NCBI RefSeq assembly: GCF_902713615.1
Contig: NW_024055709.1
Span: 124,001 to 164,118, forward strand
Direction of reading: 5' to 3'
Length of the DNA: 40,118 nt
Origin: Scyliorhinus canicula
Lineage: Eukaryota
This document shows, one piece after another, positions 22,301-31,574 of this stretch (its first letter is position 1; the number at the start of each line of letters is the position of its first letter). Position numbers and translations under genes: made by a program. The notes beneath the pieces were generated by a model that was given only the letters and a program-made list of their open reading frames with translations, was not told where the DNA came from and ran no database searches.

Positions 22301-22440
22301 AGCTCTCTGCCTTTTCCGAGGCTTCCCGCACATTTCCCCATCTCTCTACATTTTCCAAGGCTCTCTGCTCTATTCCATGACTCTTTGACATGTTCCTCTC
22401 CCTCGATATTTTCCCACGCCTCTTTACAATTCTCCCAACC
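19345..22440 (-). repeat. ~3 kb tandem array, 39-bp unit (sense GGAGCCTGGGAAAAGGTAGAGAGCTGGGGAAAAGCACAG)
   Basis: 13-aa periodicity in overlapping ORFs (FPRLPVLFPSSLP); unit read directly; boundaries approximate. Confidence 0.95.
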
Positions 22441-22810
22441 CTCGACCCTGACGCTTTCCTCCAGCTCTCTTCTCTTTCTCCTGGGTGTTACTGCTCCCTT
22501 ACCAGGCACCCACGTTCGTGCACACTGGCTCTCACGCTTCGCTCCAATTCTCTCTTCCTCTCTCGTTGCAGACTAACTCCCGCCCATTTAGTGAGCAAGG
22601 GGACAAGTGAATGAGGATGAGCGAGCAGGGGTGTGAATTAGGGCGGGAGTGAGAAGGGGGCGTCTGTGTGTGTCAGTGTGTGTGCATGAACAATGGTGGG
22701 CGCGTATGAGTGTGGAGCATGAGGATGGGCGTGCGATTGTAAATGATTGAGGATGGATTGGTGAGTGAGGGAGGATGCATGGGCGACGGTGGTGGTTGAA
22801 AATAAATGAG

Positions 22811-23098
22811 CTCAGTGAGAACTCTTACAACACCAGGTTAAAGTCCAACAGGTTTGTTTCAAACACGAGCTTTCGGAGCGCAGCTCCTTCCTCAGGTGAA
22901 TGAAAAGATATGTTCCAGAAACATACATATAGAGTTTTGTCTGTATATATATTTCTGGAACCTACCTCTTCACTCACCTGAGGAAGGAGCAGTGCTACGA
23001 AAGCTAGTGTTTCAAACAAACCTGTTGGACCTTAACCTGGAGTTGTCAGGTTTCTTACTGTGCTCACCCAATCCAACGCCAGCATCTCCACAGCATGT
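22811..23098. mobile_element. Older, diverged fold-back mini-PLE with 11-bp TSD AAATAAATGAG; intact hammerhead motif at 22858-22900 (-)
   Basis: Inverted arm plus sense arm ending in the tail ...GCATCTCCACAGCA; TSD at 22800-22810 and 23099-23109. Confidence 0.85.
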
Positions 23099-23109
23099 AA
23101 ATAAATGAG

Positions 23110-25595
23110 TGGGCGGTTTGGTGTTGAGTGAGATTTTGGGTGATCTGAGGTTTATGAATGTGGCTGCGTGAGTAATGGTGGGTGAGGGAGGGAGGATGCA
23201 TGAATGATGGAGAGTGAGTGACAGTGGGTGAGCGAGGATGTGTGAATGAGGCCTACTGAGTGAGTGAAGGTGGGTGAATGAAGGTGAGGCTCAGTGAGGG
23301 CGTGTAAATGAAGTTGAGTGAATGAGGGTGGATGAGTGAGGGTGAATGAGTGTGGGTGAGTGAATCACATTGGGTGAGCGAATGAGTGTGGGTGAATGAG
23401 GGTGCGTGAGTTATGAAAAGTGAGCGAAGCTGGGCGTGTGAGACTGGTGGAGTGAGGGGAGTGAATTAAGTTGTGTGGAGTGAGTGAATAAGTGAGTGTG
23501 AGTGAGTGACGGTGGCTGAGTGAAGGGACTGAGTGATTTCCATTAGTAAGGGTGGTTGAGTGAGTGTGAGTGATTGAAAGTGGGTGAGTGGGTTTGAGTG
23601 GGGTGGTTGGCTGTGGGTGAGTGAGTGTGAGTCAGTGTGAGTGAGGGTTGGTGAGTGAGGGTGAGTGGGAGTGAGTGAATGTAGTTGCGTGAATGAGTGT
23701 GAGAGAGGGGATAAGGGTTGGCGAGTGAGGATGAGTGAGTGTGACTGAGTGTGAGTAGTGTGGGTGAGTGAGTGTGTGTGAGTGTGAGTGTGAGTCAGTG
23801 AGTGAGGATGAGTGAGTGAGTGGGGTGGTTGAGTGTGGGTGAATGAGTGTGAGTGAGTGAGGGTGAGGGTGGGTGAGTGAGTGAGAGTGAATGAGGATGG
23901 GTGAGGGTTGGTGAGTGAGGGTGAGTTGGAGTGATTGAGTGAAGGTGGGTGAGGGTTGGTGAGTGAAGGTGAGCGAGTGAGAGTGGGGTGGTTGAGTGTG
24001 GGTGAATGAGTTTGAGAGAGTGAGTGTGGGTGAGAGTGGGCGAGTGAGTGACAGTGAATGAGGGTGGGTGATTGGTGGTGAGCGAGGGTGAGTGGGGGTG
24101 AGTGAGTAAGTGTGAGTGGGCTGGTTGAGTGTGTGTAAGTGTGAGTGAGTGTGAGTGAGAGTTGGTGAGTGTGAGGGTGGGTGAGTGAGTGTGAGTGAGT
24201 GAGGCTGGGTGAGGGTTGGTGAGTGAGGGTGGGTGAGTGAGTGTGAGTGAGTGATGGCGGGTGAGGGTTGGTGAGTGAGGGTGAGTGAGTTTGAGTGGGG
24301 TGATTGAGTGTGGGTGTGTGAGGCTGGGTGAGGGTTGGTGAGTGACGCTGGGTGAGGGTTGGTTAGTGAGGGTGGGTGAGTGAGGCTGGGTGAGGGTTGG
24401 TTAGTGAGGGTGGGTGAGTGACGCTGGGTGAGGGTTGGTTAGTGAGAGTGGGTGAGTGAGGCTGGGTGAGGGTTGGTGAGTGACGCTGGGTGAGGGTTGG
24501 TTAGTGAGGGTGGGTGAGTGAGGCTGGGTGAGGGTTGGTTAGTGAGGGTGGGTGAGTGCGGCTGGGTGAGGGTGGGTGAGTGACGCTGGGTGAGGGTTGG
24601 TTAGTGAGGGTGGGTGAGTGAGGCTGGGTGAGGGTTGGTTAGTGAGGGTGGGTGAGGGTTGGTTAGTGAGGGTGGGTGAGGGTTGGTTAGTGAGGGTGGA
24701 TGAGTGAGGTTGGGTGAGGGTTGGCTAGTGAGGGTGGGTGAGTGAGGCTGGGTGAGGGTTGGTTAGTGAGGGTGGGTGAGTGAGGCTCTGTGAGGGTTGG
24801 GTAGTGAGGGTGGGTGAGTGAGGCTGGGTGAGGGATGGTTAGTGAGGATGGGTGAGTGAGGCTGGGTGAGGGTTGTTTAGTGAGGGTGGGTGAGTGAGGC
24901 TGTGTGATGGTTGGGTAGTGAGGGTGGGTGAGTGAGGCTGGGTAGGGGTTGGTTAGTGAGGGTGGGTGAGTGAGGGTGGGTGAGGGTTGGTTAGTGAGGC
25001 TGGGTGAGGGTTGGTAAGTGAGGGTGGGTGAGTGAGGCTGGGTGAGGGTTGGTTAGTGAGGGAGGGTGAGGGTTGGTTAGTGAGGGTGGGTGAGGGTTGG
25101 TTAGTGAGGGTGGGTGAGTGAGGCTGAGTGAGGGTTGGTGAGTGAGGGTGAGGAAGTGAATGTGGATGACAAGGTGGGTGAGGGAGGGTGAGTTAGTTCG
25201 GATGGATTACTGTGAGTGAGTGAGGGTAAGGGAATGAGGGTTGGTGATTGAGGATTTGCATAGTTGAGTGTGGGTGTGTGAATGAATGTGGGTTAGTGGG
25301 TATGGATGCATGACGGTGGATGATTGAGGGAGGGATTGTGACTTAGTGCCGGTAAATGAGTATGGGTTAATCAGTCAGTGTGTATGAGTGACTGTGAGTG
25401 AGTGTGAACAGGGGTGAGTGAGTGTGAGTGAGAGTGAGTGAGTGTGAGTGACAGTGAGTGAGTGTGAGTGAGTGAGAGTGACGGTGAGTGAGCGTGAGTG
25501 AGTGTGAGTGACAGTGAGTGAGTGTGAGTGAGTGTGGGTGAGTGTGAGTGAGTGTGAGTGACGGTGAGTGAGTGTGGGTGAGGGTGAATGAGTGA
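23110..25595 (+). repeat. G/T-rich array: GTGAG-type low complexity, a 38-bp core unit (GGTTAGTGAGGGTGGGTGAGTGAGGCTGGGTGAGGGTT, ~24300-25140) and GAGT/GTGA microsatellite (~25375-25592)
   Basis: Direct reading; period 38 counted from 24361. Confidence 0.92.
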
Positions 25596-25774
25596 TCATT
25601 CAGGTACTCCGGGCCAAGCCGGGCGATGTTTCTCTGGATGAGATTCCGCTCAGGCTCAGCTTTCTCTTGTCTGTTGTCCACAGCCGAGCTGGGGGCTCCT
25701 CCATTCGGCTGCACCACCCCCACCTCCTCCTCTTCCTCTCCATCCATCCTGTCCTGATTCTCCACATTGATCAG

Positions 25775-25969
25775 CTTTCAGTAACACCAGCTGTGTACAG
25801 TCAGACAGCAGTGTAGATCACTGGGCAGCTGCTTTAATACTTTCAGTAACACCGGCTGTGTACAGTCAGACAGCAGTGTAGATCACTGGGCAGCTGCTTT
25901 AATACTTTCAGTAACACCGGCTGTGTACAGTCAGGCTGCAGTGTAGATCACTGGACAGCTGATTTAATG
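25775..25969. repeat. Three tandem copies of a 65-bp unit
   Basis: CTTTCAGTAACACC starts at 25775, 25840 and 25905. Confidence 0.93.
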
Positions 25970-26089
25970 TCGGTGTAATTTCATTCTGTACAAAACAATT
26001 CGGAACTGGAACAATGAACCTTCCTCCAACTTAATAGATTTTCATGTTGAAAATGTCAATTTCAGGCCGTAAAATTATTATCATATTGT

Positions 26090-27000
26090 GTCAGAGAGTG
26101 TGTTTTCTTCATTCTTGTGATGCAGACGTCTCTGGCTGGGCCAGCATTTATTTCCCATCCCTCAGTGTCCTTGAGAAGATGGTGGTGAGCTTCGTTCTTC
26201 AACCACTGCAGTCCATGTGGTGTTTGGGAGGCAGCTCCAGAATTTTGAATCATGGATATTGAAGGAACAATGTGATATTTTGAGATCACGATGGTGAGAG
26301 GCTTGATGGAGAAATTCCAGTTGGTGATGTTCCCATGTGTCTGCTGTCCTTGTCCACATGGTAGCTGTTGTGAGATTTAAACGTGCTGTCCAAGCAGCCA
26401 TGACCAGTTCCTTCAGAGCATGTTATAGGTGTTCCTCAGTGGTGGAGGGAGGGAGTGGTTGTCGATGGTGTGCCATTTAAGCAGGCTACTTTTGTGTCAT
26501 TGGAGCTGCATTCATCCAGGCAAGTGGAGAGTATTCCATCACACTCCTGAATGTGCCTTGCAGATGGTGATATGGAGATGCCGGCGTTGGACTGGGGTGA
26601 GCACAGTAAGAAGTCTTACTCAGGTGACTCACCTGATGAAGGAGCTGCGCTCTGAAAGCTAGGGATTCCAAACAAACCTGTTGGACTTTAACCTGGTGTT
26701 GCAGATGGTGGACAGGCTTTGGGGCGTCAGGAGGTGTTTTGGATGCAGAATTCCGAGTCTCTGACCTCTTGTCACAGCCACACAGTGTATATGGCGAGTC
26801 CAGTTCAGTTTCTGGTCAATGGTCAGCAGGAGATTCAGCGATGATAATTCCATTGAATGGCATTGGGGTGATCGTTCGATCTTCGCTTGTTTGAGATGTC
26901 CATTGTTCCTTTCCCCTTGTCAGCCCAAGCCTGGATATAGTCCAGATCTTGCTGCATTTAGCAATGGACAGCTTCAGTCACTGCGGAGCCATGAATGGTG
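26090..27000 (-). mobile_element. CR1/L2-superfamily LINE 3' fragment (hosts the 26570 mini-PLE)
   Basis: Minus remnants TIDQKLNWTRHI and RSVMEYSPLAW; same family as 35640-36480. Confidence 0.75.
26570..26700 (-). mobile_element. Short mini-PLE remnant inserted in a LINE fragment, 12-bp TSD TTGCAGATGGTG
   Basis: Tail sequence on minus (ggagatgccggcgttggactggggtgagcacagtaag), degenerate hammerhead arm on plus; TSD at 26558-26569 and 26699-26710. Confidence 0.8.
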
Positions 27001-27008
27001 CTGCACAT

Positions 27009-27348
27009 CATAGAACATAGATCAGAGAACAGTACAGCACAGAACAGGCCCTTCGGCCCTCGATGTTGTGCCGAGCAATGATCACCCTACTTTAAACCCA
27101 CATAACCCGTATACCCGTAACCCAACAATCCCCCCATTAACCTTACACTACGGGCAATTTAGCATGGCCAATCCACCTAACCCGCACATCTTTGGACTGT
27201 GGGAGGAAACCGGAGCACCCGGAGGAAACCCACGCACACACGGGGAGGACGTGCAGACTCCACACAGACAGTGACCCAGCCGGGAATCGAACCTGGGACC
27301 CTGGAGCTGTGAAGCATTGATGCTAACCACCATGCTACCGTGAGGCCC
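27009..27348 (-). mobile_element. Full-length HE1-like SINE
   Basis: Head, body and GGGCCGAAGGGCCTGTTCTGTGCTGTACTGTTCT tail. Confidence 0.9.
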
Positions 27349-28924
27349 CATCGTTCAATGATCAGCCAAAATCCCCACTTCTGACTTTTGGAAGGTCATT
27401 GCTGAAGCAGCTAAAGATGGTGGGGCCGACACTGAGGAACCCCTGCAGTGATGTCCTGGAACTGAGATGATTAAATATTACAGATTCAGGGTAGATTAAT
27501 GACGGAACAGAGACTCAGTGACAGGGCAATAATTAAACAAACCAGAAAATATTCACATTACCCACTGATATGATCTAAATCACAATTAAATGTAATCAGC
27601 AAAAGAATCAGAGCAAAAGAATGTAATCAGCAAAAGAGTTTAGCTGTACACAGCAGTGTAAAGGAATGTATTGTTTCCTAAATTCATTTCAGATATTATT
27701 AAAGTTCTCTAAAACATTTGAGATATTGCCAGGATACAACTCAATTGTAGGAGGTCATTTATGTTGAATTAATTCTCACTGATATTGTATTGTAAGTTAT
27801 TGTTAATTGTCAGCTAATTCTTTATTCGATTATCTGTACTATAATAATAAATATAACAAAAATAGCTTTCAATAATCCCTAACTTGTTTTACCCAGAGCT
27901 TTATGAAATAATTGGGGTTTAATTAAAACAACCTGACAATCAAACAATGTTGAGCAATAAACTCCAAATTACTAGATGGAAACATCTTAACATTTAATTG
28001 ACTGTATTCACATTTTAATTTTTTAAACTCCAATTGCCCTATTCGACCTACAAATGTGCAAAATATGCGCCTTTCTGAACGCATTGATAAATCATAAACT
28101 CCATCTATTCTCAGAAAGTAATGAATATAACGAGAACAGCTCAGTAATGTTTATTCAAATCATTTGTAAAACTGACACATTATGAGCAAGTAGCGTCGAC
28201 AATTTGATGTTGAATTTAGCATTTAATAAAATTTAAGCCTAAAGCTAAGATATAATCATTCCTTCTTTCCTATCATCTGTTTTCCTATAATTCTATCGTA
28301 TGTAGAGCACAGCTATGGGAGACAGGGTGTCATTATAAAATGCAAAGGTACTGTTAACCTTTTGTAAATAAATAAATCGGTTTGACATTCAAGCTTTTAC
28401 TTTTCAATCTCTTGCCATAGGCAATCTGAACTTTCCTATAATACAAATAAAATCATGGGAACAATTCATTGATTGGCAGCGACTTCCACATCTCAGAAAC
28501 CTGTTTAAAATTAGATTAATGATAATTCCCTCGCTATCCAACTGCGCATTACAGTGAAGGGATAATATGGTTGCAGCGCCACAGAAATAATAGAATAACT
28601 GGAATTACAAAGTATTTCCAGCCTAGAAACCTGTCCGGTCATGTTAACCTCGTGCAGAACACAGCAGGATTGTAAAAGTTGATTAATGATGAATTATATT
28701 AATATATAATAAGCTTTGGTTAATATGGAGTTGTATCACCGCATTGCAATTGTTTGAATTATATAAATGTTACTATGTTCGGCATGGGCGTTTCAGTCAT
28801 TATTTCGTTTAATCTGGAATCTTCAGTTAAAATTACAAAATGCATCAACATATCTTTATTAGATTATTTTCTTAAGCCTGGCTGTTTTCTCCGGACATTC
28901 GCCTTTCAAGCATTTTCAAACGCC

Positions 28925-30250
28925 GAGACTGTTTGCATTCAACCAGAAAACGTGTAACCGCTCAGTGTCACCGAGTTTAAACAATGCAGAAACAATGCAG
29001 AAACGCTGAACCGTTTGACAGATCTGAATCATTTAAAGTCACCCAGATACACAATCTCCTCAACAGAACAAAACACTAAATCACATCAATGAAGGACTGA
29101 AACCCGTTTATGGAGAAGCAGCTCAATTCTACATCGAACAGGATCAAACTTAACATTGCAAGAAAATATCAATATCCAGCAAACCAACTCGTAACCAAAT
29201 GTATGAATTATTAAACTAAACAGAAATGTGGAATAACAGCAATAGCATTGCGAGGTGCTCGAATATTAACAACAAATAAATATTGAAACTTAACCATTTT
29301 TTTCATACTGAGTCACTTTTCAAACACATTTAAATGCTTTTAATGTTTGCAGTTGATGGTAAAAGCTGCAACCATCAGATGCCACCGAGATTAAACTTTG
29401 CACAAACGGCAAACTGATTGCAGCAACAACTTGTGCTCGGAAAGGATTTGTGGCAAAACGTGGCTTAGTTTAATCTGCAATTTTCACTTTTTTTTCAAGA
29501 TGCAGAAACAGCCTCCCTGTTCTCTGCCGACAATCCTGCGACAAGCAGTTTCAAACACGCAGACTCTGCATTCAATCACAAAACGTGTAACCGCTCAGTG
29601 TCACCGAGTTGAAACAATACAGACACACCAAACCGTTTCACAAACTTTTCTACACAAAGTCACCCAAAAACATTCCTCAGCAGGAAAACACCAAACCACA
29701 TCACTGAAGGAGTGAAACATCACGGAGAAGCAGCTCAATTCTACAAACACTTCCAAAAGAATCAAATGTAACATTGCAAGAACATCTCAATTTAGAATGC
29801 ACCAAACCCCCATTTCATCAAATGAACGAACAGGTAAACTAAACAGAAAACCTGAATAATACCATCAGCACTTTCAGTAAGCAGAACATGTTCAATAAGA
29901 TAATACAGAAACTTTAGCACATTTTGTCAATGTTGGTATCGATCTCATACACTTGTGCAGAAGACGGTACAAATTGCAGACATTAGATAGAACCGAGATT
30001 AAACATCGTAAAAACACACGTTTTGTATTTAAAGTAACCCAGCCACACAGTATCCTCAGCAAATAAACATCAAATCACAGCAAACAGGGACTGAATCCCT
30101 CAGCAGCATCTTTCTGTCAAGAAACCGCGGGATTCTATATCCCCCTTTCAGCAGAACCAAATGAAACATTGCAACAACATCTCAATACATGATCCACCAA
30201 AACACATTTCAGTGAACGAATGGATTTTGAAAATGCAGAAAAATATAAAA
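28925..30250. repeat. Diverged ~610-630-bp tandem duplication (two copies plus a partial third) directly downstream of JH
   Basis: Identical 31-bp blocks at 28947 and 29580, identical 22-bp blocks at 29112 and 29724, ACATTGCAA at ~29153, ~29771 and ~30166. Confidence 0.8.
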
Positions 30251-30296
30251 CAAATACTCAAGTAAAACAGTTGGTAAATGACGAAATGGTTCTTAC

Positions 30297-30344
30297 CTGC
30301 AGTCACCGTCACCATGGTCCCCTGTCCCCAGTAGTCAAAGTAGT
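30297..30344 (-). CDS. IGHJ: JH segment (YFDYWGQGTMVTVTA)
   Basis: WGQG motif, 48 nt, G|GTAAGA donor at 30296. Confidence 0.98.
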
Positions 30345-30383
30345 CACAGTGTCACATTCCCTGGGCTGCTCCATACAATAACC
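30345..30383 (+). other. JH RSS, 23-bp spacer (CACAGTG-23-ACAATAACC)
   Basis: Heptamer 30345-30351 abuts the J coding start; nonamer 30375-30383. Confidence 0.93.
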
Positions 30384-30705
30384 GCACCTGCACAAAATAG
30401 ACAGAAATCCACCATTATTTTAAATATTCACAAACCAACGGCAAAGAAAATTCACGATTAATTTTCAGGAAATTATGTTAATATTTGTGGATACCGTTCT
30501 CTCTTCATAAACGACCGAATGGTTTATATTTCACAGATATGGAAATGTTACTGAAAACACCAACTGTGACTAACTAACGACCACCAAATTTCTATTTTCA
30601 TTCTTATTATTTTGTCAGTGCTGGAAATAAATAATGCTTCACTGTGAATAAAGTTGGATTGTAAAAGCGAGCACTGAGCCAGCCTCAGTTAATTAGTGCT
30701 GAGGG

Positions 30706-30733
30706 GCTTTTTGTATTGACAGTAACTGCTGTG
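30706..30733 (-). other. D2 J-proximal RSS, 12-bp spacer (CACAGCA-12-ACAAAAAGC)
   Basis: Heptamer 30733-30727, 12-nt spacer, nonamer 30714-30706. Confidence 0.88.
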
Positions 30734-30743
30734 CCCCAGTTAT
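30734..30743 (-). other. IGHD: D2 segment, 10 nt (ATAACTGGGG)
   Basis: Flanked by two 12-spacer RSSs, the D2 arrangement in shark clusters. Confidence 0.92.
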
Positions 30744-30771
30744 CACAGTGAGACACAGCGTGTCAAATACT
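30744..30771 (+). other. D2 V-proximal RSS, 12-bp spacer (CACAGTG-12-TCAAATACT)
   Basis: Consensus heptamer 30744-30750; degenerate nonamer 30763-30771. Confidence 0.88.
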
Positions 30772-31084
30772 GCGGCAGACTTGTTAACTGAAAAATACAG
30801 AGATTTAATTTCACTGCTCACTCAAAAACCTAACTCTGTCTCTTCCAAGAGCGAATGGGTGAGTTATTTCAGCTTGTCCGGGTCATTACATTTATAAAGA
30901 GGGTCGGAACATTTTAAAAACCTCTGTGCAGATTTAGCGAGTCGGTCAACAGAGATAAAGTGGAAGATTTTTATACCTTTTTGTAAATTAATATTACTTC
31001 CAAACTTTGTTTTATTTAAAACTCATTTACATTGACGATCCTGTTGTGGCGCTGATCACCAATTTGAACAAACTATATCACTGA

Positions 31085-31122
31085 GGTTTTTGTATGAGGA
31101 TGTCGCTGTGCACAGCACTGTG
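31085..31122 (-). other. D1 J-proximal RSS, 22-bp spacer (CACAGTG-22-ACAAAAACC)
   Basis: Consensus heptamer 31122-31116 and perfect nonamer 31093-31085; 22-nt spacer, within 23+/-1. Confidence 0.93.
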
Positions 31123-31138
31123 ACCCCACTGCTGTAGT
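31123..31138 (-). other. IGHD: D1 segment, 16 nt (ACTACAGCAGTGGGGT)
   Basis: Flanked by a 12-RSS and a 22/23-RSS, the D1 arrangement in shark clusters. Confidence 0.93.
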
Positions 31139-31166
31139 CACAGTGACAGACACCCGCACAAAAACT
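31139..31166 (+). other. D1 V-proximal RSS, 12-bp spacer (CACAGTG-12-ACAAAAACT)
   Basis: Consensus heptamer 31139-31145, 12-nt spacer, near-consensus nonamer 31158-31166. Confidence 0.95.
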
Positions 31167-31535
31167 GCACTCACTCTCTGTTCAGTCCTGCCGCTCAATA
31201 TTCACTTCAAATACACGTTTACTTCTGATCTAATTTACTATTTATACAGCAGTTTATCAAATCCAATGTACATAGATTTTCCCAAGTATCAGGAATAATA
31301 AAACGATGATTATATTCAAGTCTGTATTTGCTGAAACTGTGAACAGTAAATATAAACAGACAAAAGCTCATCCTATTAGATCGATTGGTTTGTTCGGCTT
31401 TACTGTTTAATTTTCTCTGTGTTAGTTATGTAAGAAGCAGCTTGTGCAATGACTCTGATCACTGACATTAATATTACATTTGAATCAAGTACTGACCTTC
31501 AGGTTAAGGTGCAAGTTGCTGAATTCCTCTCGAGC

Positions 31536-31574
31536 TGTTCTTGTGCGGGTCCAGCCCTGGTTCCTCTCGCTGTG
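31536..31574 (-). other. VH 3' RSS, 23-bp spacer (CACAGCG-23-ACAAGAACA)
   Basis: Heptamer 31574-31568, 23-nt spacer, nonamer 31544-31536; abuts the V coding end. Confidence 0.92.

Noticed and set aside
19434-22576. Long ORFs (up to 383 aa) on both strands
   Set aside because: Translations of the 39-bp tandem repeat (multiple of 3, no stops); low-complexity 13-aa periodicity, no gene structure
24300-25140. Possible interstitial telomere
   Set aside because: The unit contains GGTTAG and GAGGG but no tandem TTAGGG
12271-25261. Perfect octamer ATTTGCAT at 12271-12278 and 25254-25261
   Set aside because: Isolated hits inside low-complexity TG/GT-rich tracts, with no clustering with other Ig enhancer motifs; compatible with chance
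25775-25969. CRISPR-like short repeat array
   Set aside because: Head-to-tail tandem units without unique spacers, in a vertebrate locus
28947-29610. Invariant block reads GTG ACA CTG AGC G|GT on minus, like the end of a J segment (possible relic extra JH)
   Set aside because: No WGxG/FGxG codons upstream and no heptamer-nonamer at the expected distance
30751-30771. Second heptamer CACAGCG (30754-30760) inside the D2 5' spacer
   Set aside because: Only 2 nt from the nonamer, so it cannot form an RSS
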